IMG/VR virus record: IMGVR_UViG_3300045391_006539
Length of the DNA stretch: 64,000 nucleotides
Strand: one strand, 5' to 3'
From: a virus
Taxonomy: Duplodnaviria > Caudoviricetes
In this document: positions 1 to 9,097 of the stretch, in pieces
Layout: each line of letters opens with the position of its first letter
Numbering within the stretch: the first letter of the stretch is position 1
Program-made: the position numbers and the translations under genes
Notes under the pieces: model-generated
What the model was told of the DNA's origin: nothing
What the model saw: only the letters and a program-made list of their open reading frames with translations
Databases searched by the model: none

Positions 1-2
1 CT

Positions 3-779
3 CAGAGCGAGCAGGTGCAGAGCGGCAACGCTGGTACGGGTCTCGAAACCAATGACGACATGATGCACGGCGAGCAGCCGGTGGAACCCATCAAGAACGC
101 CTCGGCCTTGGTGCAGGCCAACCTGGCCAAGGTGTCCTCGGCACTCGGCGCGGCCATGGGTGTGCGCAACGCCGTGCGCAATACGGCCGTCGATGCCGTC
201 TCCAAGGGCAAGGCCCTTGGTCAGAAGGGTGTCGACTGGGCGAAGGCCAACCCCAAGAAGGCCATCGGCATCGGCGCAGGCGCCGCGGCCGTGGGCGGTG
301 GTGCTGCTCTCGCCTCGCGCAAGAAGGAGGGCTCCGCCCCCATCGCGCTCATCCGGAAGCTGGCGGAAGATGCCATCAATCCGGCGCACATCGACTCACC
401 AGCGAGCGTCAACCCCGCCGAGCCCCCGCCTGGTGCGAGCGCGAGCGAAGAGGGCGTGCCGAGCGAGCCCGGTGACGTGACCAGCCAGAAGCGGATGATT
501 GCCTCCAACCAGGCAGCCATCGACTACACGAAGCGCGAGGCCAAGGCAGACCCCAAGAAGGACGTCGCCCAGGTCGTGACCGAGCCGCCGCTGTCGAGCA
601 CGACGGACAAGGTGCTCGAGCAGGCCTTCGATGCCACGGGTCAGGCCGGCGTGAAGATTTCGTCGGCGGGTGGTCTGCGCAAGACCGCCATGCAGGTGAG
701 CGCCCAGCGCGTCATCCTCGACCGCTTGCTCAAGCAGGCGAGCGCCGACGTGGAGAAGTCCCAGGGCGCGAGCGCCTGA
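3..779 (+). CDS. 5'-truncated Ala/Gly-rich head-region protein with K-x-A motifs (putative internal head/scaffold protein)
   Basis: Frame is open to the window edge; motifs RKLAE, RKTAM, LKQAS; Gly-zipper AIGIGAGAAAVGGGAALAS; lies upstream of capsid genes. Confidence 0.6.
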   Translation, partial: QSEQVQSGNAGTGLETNDDMMHGEQPVEPIKNASALVQANLAKVSSALGAAMGVRNAVRNTAVDAVSKGKALGQKGVDWAKANPKKAIGIGAGAAAVGGGAALASRKKEGSAPIALIRKLAEDAINPAHIDSPASVNPAEPPPGASASEEGVPSEPGDVTSQKRMIASNQAAIDYTKREAKADPKKDVAQVVTEPPLSSTTDKVLEQAFDATGQAGVKISSAGGLRKTAMQVSAQRVILDRLLKQASADVEKSQGASA

Positions 780-793
780 GCGAAGGAGGTCAA

Positions 794-1150
794 ATGGACA
801 AGCAGAGTGCAGCCAAGGTCGCGCAGGTGCTCCAAGAGGCGGGGGAGACCATCCTCAGCCTGAGTGCCGAGCGTGACAAACTGGCTTCCGAGAACGCGGC
901 CTACAAGCGCCGTGAGGAAGCCACCAAAGTCGCGAGTGTGCTCCACGACAAGGGCATCGACCGTGACATGGAGTTTCCCGAGCTGGTATCGAAGCTCGAG
1001 AAGGAAGCAGAGGCAGGCCGTCTCCCAGAGATTGCCCGCGCTGCAGAGTGGATTGGTCCACAGATGAGCTTCGGCTCCACCAATCACGACGAGAACGTTG
1101 GTTCGGGTGGCGACATGCTGACCAACTACCTCGTTGGTTCTGTCGGCTAG
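794..1150 (+). CDS. Putative capsid scaffolding/assembly protein
   Basis: SD AAGGAGG at 783-789; helical coiled-coil character; DKLAS/TKVAS motifs; two genes before the MCP. Confidence 0.5.
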   Translation: MDKQSAAKVAQVLQEAGETILSLSAERDKLASENAAYKRREEATKVASVLHDKGIDRDMEFPELVSKLEKEAEAGRLPEIARAAEWIGPQMSFGSTNHDENVGSGGDMLTNYLVGSVG

Positions 1151-1169
1151 ACCAGAGGAGACCAAGTAA

Positions 1170-1691
1170 ATGAGCACCATTCAGAAGGTCAACTTTGAGA
1201 TAGTCAGCGACTTGTTGAAGAACCAAGTGCGTGACTTCGCGCTTGCCGACAAGACCATCGCTGAACCTCTCAACACAACCGCACTCGTCGACGGCGAGTG
1301 GTTCATCATCGACTCGAGCTACAAGGCGGCGCGGGCCACGGCCATCAACGCGGCCAACAACGTGGCAACGCAGACGTCCTACGTGGTGTGGTCCGAGCGT
1401 GGGCGTACCGACGTGCTGGCCATGGCGCAGCGCAAGGTTCCGCTCATCTTCCTCGGCGATTTCGAGGCAGACACGCGCATCTTCGACGCCACTGCAACGC
1501 CGAGCGGCGGCGCGGCCATCACGACCGTGGGCCAGCCCCTGAAGGTCGCGAGCATCGACATCGGCGGCAAAATCGTGTGCGGTCTCGTCGGCGCCGTCGC
1601 GGGCGATGGCGAGCCCATCGTTGGCCGCGTCACCCGCTTGCCCGCCAACAACGGCGGCAAGCTTCGTTTCGTCCGAGCCAGCAGCATCTGA
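1170..1691 (+). CDS. Putative head decoration/cement protein
   Basis: 173 aa beta-rich ORF with SD GAGGAG, immediately before the MCP (positional inference). Confidence 0.5.
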   Translation: MSTIQKVNFEIVSDLLKNQVRDFALADKTIAEPLNTTALVDGEWFIIDSSYKAARATAINAANNVATQTSYVVWSERGRTDVLAMAQRKVPLIFLGDFEADTRIFDATATPSGGAAITTVGQPLKVASIDIGGKIVCGLVGAVAGDGEPIVGRVTRLPANNGGKLRFVRASSI

Positions 1692-1718
1692 GCTCAGAAA
1701 GGAAAGAGGACACAGACC

Positions 1719-2834
1719 ATGGTTTCAGGTCGCATGCTCAACGAGTCCTTTGCTCAGAAGCTGAACACGGCTGATGGCAAAGAGAAAGTCGCCGAATTCG
1801 GCGGCGCCTACATCCGGGACAAGCTGCGCGAGGTTTCCTTCGTGCGCAAAATCATCCCCCCGGAGAACGTGACGCGCGCGGATTGCCAGCGCTCCGTCAA
1901 CCACGACACGCTCGTGAAGATTGTCGATATCGAGCCCAAGAGCCGCGCGATGACGGTGACCTTCCGTGGCGCTCCGTCGGCTCGCTTCATCCGCGGCGAC
2001 CGCGCCGAGGTGGCCTTCTTCACCATCTCCAGCGAGATGTTCCAGAAGACCGAGCAGGAGCTCCTCGCCTACGAGATGCCCATCACGAAAATCATCGAGG
2101 AGAACTCGGTGAAGGACATCCAGGAAATCGAGGACCGCGAGTTCGTCATCCACATCGAGGCGGCAGTCCAGGCGCTGCAGACCGAGGCCAACAGCGGCAC
2201 CCCGGCGGCGCTGGCAGCGAGCACCATCGGCACGACGGTGGAGTTCTCCATCATCAAGGGCGAGCTCGCCCGCGCCGATTCGGCAGACACGGCGACGGTG
2301 CAGCCCATCCAGCGGCCCGACATCGTCAACCTGTTCAAGCTGCTCGACACCAACCGTCTGCGTTGTGAGCGCCTGCTCATGACGGAGCCGGACTGGGACG
2401 ACCTGCTGCAGTGGACGGTCGAGGACTTCGGCGACAAGATTCAGTCCGAGACGGCCATCGATGGCTACAAGTACAACACGGTGCTGGGGCGGCCTTACAT
2501 CCGCACCATCAAGACGGACATCCTGCGTCCGGGCAACGTGTATGCCTTCACGAAGCCGGAGTTTTTCGGGAAGTTCTACGTCCTGAACAACACCAAGTTC
2601 TACATCGACAAAGTCGCGAACACCATCACGTTTCAGGCGTGGGAAGACATCGCGATGTCGGTCATCAACGTGGCGTCCGTGCGCAAGCTGGAGCTCTACT
2701 CCGGCAATGCCAACCCGAACGCGGGTAACCAGAGCCTCATCGCCAACTTCGTGCCGGTGGACGAAGACCAGCTCGGCGCAGTGAACAACCGCGTGAGCGC
2801 CGGCCTCAAGTTCCCGTCGGTGACCCAGTACTGA
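1719..2834 (+). CDS. Major capsid protein (HK97 fold, inferred)
   Basis: 371 aa, very strong codon bias, SD, followed by a terminator; IRDKLRE.SF.RKI.PP N-arm and KDIQEIEDREF spine-helix-like segment; precedes neck/sheath/tube genes. Confidence 0.8.
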   Translation: MVSGRMLNESFAQKLNTADGKEKVAEFGGAYIRDKLREVSFVRKIIPPENVTRADCQRSVNHDTLVKIVDIEPKSRAMTVTFRGAPSARFIRGDRAEVAFFTISSEMFQKTEQELLAYEMPITKIIEENSVKDIQEIEDREFVIHIEAAVQALQTEANSGTPAALAASTIGTTVEFSIIKGELARADSADTATVQPIQRPDIVNLFKLLDTNRLRCERLLMTEPDWDDLLQWTVEDFGDKIQSETAIDGYKYNTVLGRPYIRTIKTDILRPGNVYAFTKPEFFGKFYVLNNTKFYIDKVANTITFQAWEDIAMSVINVASVRKLELYSGNANPNAGNQSLIANFVPVDEDQLGAVNNRVSAGLKFPSVTQY

Positions 2835-2850
2835 CGGAGCGCGAGACGTA

Positions 2851-2881
2851 ACCATAGGGCTCGCGTTCGCGTGAGCATGGT
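2851..2881 (+). promoter_or_regulatory. RNA hairpin with UUCG loop after the MCP stop
   Basis: GCTCGCG-TTCG-CGTGAGC (2859-2876), extended by ACCAT/ATGGT. Confidence 0.55.
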
Positions 2882-2882
2882 C

Positions 2883-2925
2883 AGAAACGGGCGTCGGTGC
2901 CGGATGGACCGGCGCCCTTTCTGTT
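2883..2925 (+). terminator. Intrinsic terminator after MCP
   Basis: Stem GGGCGTCGGT (2889-2898) / ACCGGCGCCC (2908-2917), then TTTCTGTT. Confidence 0.7.
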
Positions 2926-2938
2926 CGAGGAGATAGAC

Positions 2939-3640
2939 ATGCCCATTCTAGGTTCAGGACAGTTCACCTCACAGAAGGCGCAGCGGCCTCACCTTCTGCG
3001 TGGTGCAGGCGGTATCGCAGGCGAAATTGCCGACCTGCGCGAAGACATCAAGGCAGACTTCACTCCGAACGCCGCCATCGCGGTCGAGGAGTTCACCAAC
3101 TTGCCGGCGGCTGGCGCGGCGCTCATCTCGACGGCGGCATCGGTCACCGTCGCGCCTCGCTCACCGACGCTGCTCGCGCTCGCCGCGAACATCAGCCCGC
3201 CCCGCAACATCACGGTGACGACGGCTGGTGGTACGCCTGCCGACGCGCCGGCAACCACGCTCATTACGGGCACCGACATCAACGGCGACGTGATGACCGA
3301 GACCATCAACGTGGCCCAGACAGCGACCATCGCGGCGGGCGTGAAGACCTTTGCCTCGGTGACCTCCATCCTGGAGGCCGCTGCGCAGGGTACGGATGCC
3401 ACGCTGAGCTACGGCATCGGCGTCGCCGTGGGCCTCAAGAAGAAGGTCATGACTCGGGCGGGTCTGTTCGCGCTCGTCAAGGAGATTGCTGCGGGCTCGC
3501 TCGCGCCGACGCCCGGAACCTTCGTGGTCCCGGCCACGGCCGTGCCGAACGGGTCGTACGCTCCGAACACCGCGGCGAACGGGACGAACGACTACACCCT
3601 GTTCTACGAGTACGACCCGACCACGAACGAAAACGCGTGA
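2939..3640 (+). CDS. Putative virion structural protein (Thr/Ala-rich, beta-rich)
   Basis: ATG 2939 has SD GAGGAG and lies past the terminator, so preferred over GTG 2897. Confidence 0.55.
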   Translation: MPILGSGQFTSQKAQRPHLLRGAGGIAGEIADLREDIKADFTPNAAIAVEEFTNLPAAGAALISTAASVTVAPRSPTLLALAANISPPRNITVTTAGGTPADAPATTLITGTDINGDVMTETINVAQTATIAAGVKTFASVTSILEAAAQGTDATLSYGIGVAVGLKKKVMTRAGLFALVKEIAAGSLAPTPGTFVVPATAVPNGSYAPNTAANGTNDYTLFYEYDPTTNENA

Positions 3641-3649
3641 GGTGACTTC

Positions 3650-4219
3650 ATGGCCGAAGACACCAAAGACTCAGAGACTGTCGAGGCACCTGCCCCGGCA
3701 GCTCCCAAGACCTACCTGCTGAAGAACGTCAGCCGGGGTCGGGGCAACCGCATCGAGCGGAAGTCCCAGCCCGGTCGTCGTCCCTTCGTGCAGCGGTTTG
3801 CCGGCGGCAACATCGTCGTCCGCCGAGCCCGTCCAGCGCGCATCTCGGAGGCCGCGCTCTTGGCCAACCTCGGAGCCATCAAGAAGGCCGTCGCTGCTCA
3901 TCAGATTGTCGTCACGACGTCTGCTGGTGACATCGTCGACCTCGAGACGTTCCAGGTGACGCCGCAGGTACCGGCGAGTCCGGTGCCCAATCCTCCGCTG
4001 GACTCGGCCAAGAACGACAAGAACGAGAACATCGGCTACGACGTGCCCCCGACTCCGGAAGGCACGGCGGCACACTCCGAGGTCCCCGAGCTCCTCCGTC
4101 AGGGGGAACTACCGGGGGAGTCAGAGCCGCCACCGGAGCCGAGTGGAGAGCCCGAGGTCGAGAAGCCCCATGAGCACTCCCATTCCCACAAGAAGGGGAA
4201 GAAGCGAGGCCACTCATGA
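3650..4219 (+). CDS. Hypothetical protein (Pro-rich; His/Lys-rich C-terminus)
   Basis: SD GAGGTG, high GC3, in operon. Confidence 0.6.
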   Translation: MAEDTKDSETVEAPAPAAPKTYLLKNVSRGRGNRIERKSQPGRRPFVQRFAGGNIVVRRARPARISEAALLANLGAIKKAVAAHQIVVTTSAGDIVDLETFQVTPQVPASPVPNPPLDSAKNDKNENIGYDVPPTPEGTAAHSEVPELLRQGELPGESEPPPEPSGEPEVEKPHEHSHSHKKGKKRGHS

Positions 4220-4560
4220 AAGTCTTCAACATCACGGACGCCTCCACGGCAGCCCTGCGCAATCAGGGACTCGAGAACCAGCACATCAAAGTGGGCGACG
4301 TCATCGTCGCCCCGGGCGCTTCGACGGTCCTTCGAGGCACGGCCAAGGAACGGTCGGAACTCTCGTCCCTCATCAAAGCGGGGGCGGTGGTAGTCGGCAA
4401 ATTGCCCGTTTGGTACGCGGCCAAGCGCAATCTGAGCTTGGATGGAACGCCTTTTGTGGTCTCGGAACCGGTGGCTCAGGTGGTGGAGGCCGACAATCCT
4501 CCGCCCGAGAGCGCGCCGGAATCCGCATCGGTGGCCCCCGAGTCATCGACCGAGGAGTGA
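4216..4560 (+). CDS. Hypothetical protein
   Basis: ATGA overlap with upstream gene. Confidence 0.6.
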   Translation: MKVFNITDASTAALRNQGLENQHIKVGDVIVAPGASTVLRGTAKERSELSSLIKAGAVVVGKLPVWYAAKRNLSLDGTPFVVSEPVAQVVEADNPPPESAPESASVAPESSTEE

Positions 4561-4563
4561 GTC

Positions 4564-5109
4564 ATGGCTGAGCTCCAGTCCGTCATCCCGCTGAGTCCGT
4601 CGATGCAGGCATTCGTGCCGGTCGTGCGGGCCTACATGCGCGACATGCCGGAGCTCAACCGACTCGTCGCGGGAGTGGAGAGCGGGGACCGTTTCATCGC
4701 CTGGTCGGTGCTCGACGCCATCAGTCGGTTCAACGGTACCCCGCACTTCACGAGTCTGTCTCTCGACGACTTGCTCGGTCTGCAGCAACATCACTTGCTG
4801 CTGCGCCTGACGAGTGAGACCATCCTCGAGAGCGTGGGTCTACTGCAGACCCGCAACCACATCAACTACTCGAACGGCGGCATCAACGTCGGCGTCAACG
4901 ACAAGACCCCACTCATCCAGTCCTGGCTGCAGCTCTTCAGCGCACGGACGGAGCAGATGATTTCTCGGGTGAAGGTTGCCATCAACATCCAGGGCATCCT
5001 CGGACCCGAGAACAACGGGGTCCATTCTGAGCTGTGGGCAGTCAATAGCACATACCTGAGCTACGCAGTTCCTCTATTCCTGTTCATCAAGTTCGTCCTC
5101 ATGTCCTGA
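4564..5109 (+). CDS. Putative head-tail adaptor (neck) protein
   Basis: 181 aa, helical with a NYSNGGINVGV beta-hairpin typical of adaptors; downstream of MCP. Confidence 0.55.
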   Translation: MAELQSVIPLSPSMQAFVPVVRAYMRDMPELNRLVAGVESGDRFIAWSVLDAISRFNGTPHFTSLSLDDLLGLQQHHLLLRLTSETILESVGLLQTRNHINYSNGGINVGVNDKTPLIQSWLQLFSARTEQMISRVKVAINIQGILGPENNGVHSELWAVNSTYLSYAVPLFLFIKFVLMS

Positions 5110-5119
5110 TTGGGGCTAC

Positions 5120-5581
5120 ATGGCACTCGCATTTCGAAAGTTCTCTCGGCTCGAGCACGCGACGTCGTTTCTCCAGGGTCACCTCGTCGGAAGCGTGAGC
5201 TTGCTGCGCAATGGCAACTCGCTCTATTTGCATGGCAAGACCCTCATCTTCACGACGCCGAGCGCCACGGTGACGTTCGATGCGACTCCCGATGGCACGC
5301 AGATTCCTCTCACGCTCGCGCAGGTGAAGTCCCAAATCGAGGCGGGCGCGTCGGGCGTGACGTGCCACTTTAGCGAAGGCCGGCTCGACCTGTTCATGGC
5401 GACGCCCGGGTCTATCGCGCTCGACAAGGACGGCACGGCCAATGCCCAGCTCGGCTTCAGTACGACGGCGGACAGCTCGGCGGCGGTCTATGCCGCGCCG
5501 GGTGGGTCTGCGCCAGCGCTCGTCCAGATTGTCCCGGACACGGGCAGCAACTCCTTCGTGGTGGTGACCGATGATGCATGA
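5120..5581 (+). CDS. Putative structural protein with a sheath-insertion-like module
   Basis: GKTLIF..ATVTF..LTLAQVKSQIEA..ANAQLGF resembles the repeats in the sheath ORF. Confidence 0.5.
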   Translation: MALAFRKFSRLEHATSFLQGHLVGSVSLLRNGNSLYLHGKTLIFTTPSATVTFDATPDGTQIPLTLAQVKSQIEAGASGVTCHFSEGRLDLFMATPGSIALDKDGTANAQLGFSTTADSSAAVYAAPGGSAPALVQIVPDTGSNSFVVVTDDA

Positions 5582-8318
5582 GTTCGAACGCGCCCTTTCC
5601 CGCAGTATTCCTCTCGGGGTCTCCGCTGGCTTCTTCCACCGCATCAAGACGGCGGGCTGGGGGGAACCACCGGATGAGACGGGCGCCCTCGAAGGCGCCT
5701 TTGCCGCGCCCATCGAGCAGGTCATCGCCAAGCTCACCGAAGTGGCGGCGGCGAAGTTCCAGCTGATGGTGGCCTACCATGTCTACGCCGAGAGCATGCG
5801 GGGCGTGGCGCAGCATGCCTGCGCCGAGGTCTTCCACGAGCACGCCGAGCAGGAGCGCGCGGCCGGTGAGGCTTACCTCAAACGCACGGCCGTGCTCGGC
5901 AGTGGCCCCGTCCACCTACCCGAGGTGACGACGCCGCCGGCGAGTGCAGACCCGGCGGGCATTCTCATGCTGCTCGCCCGCGCCGAGCAAGAGGCGATTG
6001 CCGCCCAGCGCGAGCTCAAGGCGCTCGTCGGGGAGGACAACCCCCTCTCGTTCCAAATCGAGCAATTCATGGTCGAGGACCAGCACCACCTCGACGAGTG
6101 CTGGCAGATGCTGCCGCAGGACGCCGTTCGTACGCCAGTCATCGACACGGCCCCTGCCGGTATGGTAGAGGCACCAAACGTCGAGGAGGAGACTCCGGCG
6201 CCTGTCGAGGCTCCCGCAGTGCCGAAGTCTCCGTCCAAGACTGCCGGCGCCCTCGCGAACATCGAGAAGACCGTCTTTGACGGCAAGCGTCTCGGAGCCA
6301 AGCCCTTCCAGTCCTTCAATGCTTTCGGCACGCCGAGCAAAGAGGTGCTGATGGCGCTACCGGCAGGTGGCGCAGCCGTGGGCGCGGGTCTAGGCTCGCT
6401 CAGGTCTCTCGTACAGAGCCCCGAAGACAAGGAGCAAGTCCTCGAAACGGGCGGCCCCGTCAGTCAGTTCAAGACTCGGCACCCCGTCATCGCGGGTGCT
6501 CTCGGCGGCGCAGCCCTCGGCGGCAGTGCTGCGCTCGCAGCCAAGGGCCTCATGCGTGGCCGCTCGCCACTCGACCCTACGGGTGGCGTGAAGCCGGCGA
6601 GCGTGCCGCATCTCGTGGGTGGTGCGGGTCTATTCGCAGCGCCATCGGCGGTGGGCATCGTCGACGAGGCACTCGCCCGGAAGCGGGACGAGGCGCTCGC
6701 CAAGAGCGCGAGCATTGCCGAGCTCGGGCGCAAGATGCGTCGTGGTCTGGGGCGCTACGGCGAGCTCGTCTCGGGGAGCAACGCACGGCGCATGGGTCGC
6801 GCGGCACAAAATGCGATGCTCGACGCGCAGCGGGTGGCTGGAAGGGGCGTCGACCAGGCAGCGCGCAGGGGCAAGCACCACGTGCGAACCCACGGCGAGG
6901 AAATCGTTGGTGAGTTCAAGCGTCGCATGGGCAAGGCGACCGAGCTCGGGGACGCGGCGGTCAAGGAGTACGACCTCTCGCGCAAGGTTCAAATCGGTAC
7001 GGGTGCCGGCGCCGTGGGCGCGCTCGGTACGGCCGCGGCCGCCAAGAACCGCTCGGACATGAAGAAAATCGAGCGCACGAATCAGCGGCTCAAGACCGCT
7101 TTCGTCGTCGCGCTCGAGAAGCTCGCCCTCGCTCCGAGCGAGCCTGGCTTTGGCAGCGACCCGTCGGCGGCGCCCATGCCCGGCAACGAGCCCTCGTTCG
7201 TGCCCCAGCCCAGCATGGAAGCCCCCGGTCCCCAGCCGCCCATGGCGCAGCCGCCGGGCACGGGGCAGTACGCTCCGGTCAACTATCTCGAGGCGGAGCT
7301 CACGGGGCGTCGCGTGCAGGAAGCCAACGAGGCCAACTTCTACCGCGCCAAGGCGGACGAGGCGAGCACGCAGGTCGCCAGTATGGGCGAGCAGGTGCAG
7401 TCCATTCAGGGTCAGCTCGACCAACTCTCGGCGCAGGCTGCCGAGAGCCAGTCGCAAATCATGGCCGCCAACGAGGAGGCCATGCGCGCGAACGACCAGA
7501 TGCTCAACCAGGCGACCCTCGCTGCGCGCATGCGCATGGGCATGCAACAGCTACGCGCCCAGATGATGGAAGTCGCGAGCCAAGACCCCGAGCAGCTGGC
7601 AGCGGCTGCCGGTGGCCCGACGCCGATGGACGTCGGACAACAAGCACAGATGGCGGGCGCTCCGGCGGCGGCCCCTGCGGGTTCTCCTGAGGGAGCGTCA
7701 GACCCGACGGGTGGCGCCGGCGGAGCGCCACCGGGTGCTCCGGCAGAGCCCGGTGCAGACCCGGGAACGCCAGCAGCCTCACCCGACCCGGGTGCACCCC
7801 CAGGCTCGCCGTCGGCGGGTGCGGGTGGCCCTCCAGGCGGTGGTGGCGGTGAGGGTGGCGAATCGCAGAAGAGCGACGGCGGTGAGTCGACCGACAAGAA
7901 GAAAGACACTGCCGAGACCACCGTGTCCATCAAGAAGGGCTCGGCGAAGACGGCCGGTCTCATGAACATGCCGAACATGGAGCAGGAGCTCCGGCACATG
8001 GCACCCTACGTTGCTGCTGGCGTGGGCCTCGGTGGGCTCGCGGGCGCGTACGAGGGCTATCACGAGGGGGACAAGGTTCCGAACCTGCAGAAGCGCGTGA
8101 GTGAGCTGCAGGGGACGTTCGGCAAGTCGCTCGAGCTCGCACAGACCCAGGTCGAGCTGGCGAAGGCGGAAGAGGCACGCGCCAACCCGGGCAAGAGCGC
8201 CCTGCGTGGGGGTCTTCGTGGTGCGGCCATCGGCATGACGGCGGGTGCCATCACTCCGCAGGCCATCGGCGGCGTGCGTGAGCTCGGCAAACACATCAAG
8301 CACCTGAGGGCAAACTAA
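5571..8318 (+). CDS. 915-aa multidomain K-x-A protein: N-terminal ferritin-like four-helix domain, Gly-zipper segments, coiled coil
   Basis: Residues ~48-181 follow bacterioferritin helix spacing (Y..Y, HEHAEQE, LKR..VLG, AEQEAI, EDQHHLD); at least 7 K-x-A sites. Confidence 0.65.
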   Translation: MMHEFERALSRSIPLGVSAGFFHRIKTAGWGEPPDETGALEGAFAAPIEQVIAKLTEVAAAKFQLMVAYHVYAESMRGVAQHACAEVFHEHAEQERAAGEAYLKRTAVLGSGPVHLPEVTTPPASADPAGILMLLARAEQEAIAAQRELKALVGEDNPLSFQIEQFMVEDQHHLDECWQMLPQDAVRTPVIDTAPAGMVEAPNVEEETPAPVEAPAVPKSPSKTAGALANIEKTVFDGKRLGAKPFQSFNAFGTPSKEVLMALPAGGAAVGAGLGSLRSLVQSPEDKEQVLETGGPVSQFKTRHPVIAGALGGAALGGSAALAAKGLMRGRSPLDPTGGVKPASVPHLVGGAGLFAAPSAVGIVDEALARKRDEALAKSASIAELGRKMRRGLGRYGELVSGSNARRMGRAAQNAMLDAQRVAGRGVDQAARRGKHHVRTHGEEIVGEFKRRMGKATELGDAAVKEYDLSRKVQIGTGAGAVGALGTAAAAKNRSDMKKIERTNQRLKTAFVVALEKLALAPSEPGFGSDPSAAPMPGNEPSFVPQPSMEAPGPQPPMAQPPGTGQYAPVNYLEAELTGRRVQEANEANFYRAKADEASTQVASMGEQVQSIQGQLDQLSAQAAESQSQIMAANEEAMRANDQMLNQATLAARMRMGMQQLRAQMMEVASQDPEQLAAAAGGPTPMDVGQQAQMAGAPAAAPAGSPEGASDPTGGAGGAPPGAPAEPGADPGTPAASPDPGAPPGSPSAGAGGPPGGGGGEGGESQKSDGGESTDKKKDTAETTVSIKKGSAKTAGLMNMPNMEQELRHMAPYVAAGVGLGGLAGAYEGYHEGDKVPNLQKRVSELQGTFGKSLELAQTQVELAKAEEARANPGKSALRGGLRGAAIGMTAGAITPQAIGGVRELGKHIKHLRAN

Positions 8319-9097
8319 TGCTGGACGCATTTCTGGAAGTCGCGTGTGGCCGTGAGAAGATGGCCGCGCAGAAGACCCGCAACATGGAGCTGCTCGGCAA
8401 GCTCCCGACCGAGACCCTGCAGAAGATTGCCTGCGGCGGACTCGGCGGGTACGGTGGAGAAGGCTGGCTCGAGAAGTTCCAGGGCAGTCCCTTGCTCGGA
8501 CAGGCCATCGCCATCGAGAAGGAAGAACTCGCCATCCAGATGGAGGAAAGTCAGCGGCGTGCTCGCGAGCGCGAGGTGCGAGAGAGCATGGGCTCGTGGG
8601 AAGACACGGCGGCCAAGCGCGACGAGCTCGCCGTCAAGCGACGTCTTTTGGAACTCGAGCTGGTGGGCGGACCCTCCGCTGTCAGCCCCGCGCCGGCTGT
8701 CGAGGAAGACCCGGGGCTCGAGCCCGAGCTCGCTGCTCCCGCCGAAGACCCGGCGGTCGATGTTGCCCCGAGTGAGGGGGCAGCAGCTCCGCCGAAGGGT
8801 CTACGCCCTCACTCCACGGAGGTGGGGAACGGTGGCGCAGACCCGGGTGCGGAGGTAGACACACCCGAGACCGACCCGAGTGAGGCGGCAGACCCACCGA
8901 AGCCCAAGCCCAAAGCCGAGGCCAAGGAGAAGACTGTCGAGAAGACCACCGAGAAGCCGGTGCCGGAGAAGATTGACGTCAAGACCTCTGAGAAGGAGGC
9001 GGCTGCGCGCTTCAAGTTCGCTGCGGCTCGCTTGCGCTTCTCTCAGGCCGTGAAGGAGGCGCAGCCCGCGAACGGGCAGCGTCCCTTTCACCGCTGA
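8318..9097 (+). CDS. K-x-A head-region protein (short form)
   Basis: TAATG overlap start; EKMAA, QKIAC, EKEAA, FKFAA motifs. Confidence 0.65.
   Translation: MLDAFLEVACGREKMAAQKTRNMELLGKLPTETLQKIACGGLGGYGGEGWLEKFQGSPLLGQAIAIEKEELAIQMEESQRRAREREVRESMGSWEDTAAKRDELAVKRRLLELELVGGPSAVSPAPAVEEDPGLEPELAAPAEDPAVDVAPSEGAAAPPKGLRPHSTEVGNGGADPGAEVDTPETDPSEAADPPKPKPKAEAKEKTVEKTTEKPVPEKIDVKTSEKEAAARFKFAAARLRFSQAVKEAQPANGQRPFHR

Noticed and set aside
1719-6113. Encapsulin operon (HK97 shell plus ferritin cargo)
   Set aside because: The shell gene sits with neck, sheath, tube, tape measure and DNA-metabolism genes, so a phage capsid is the simpler reading
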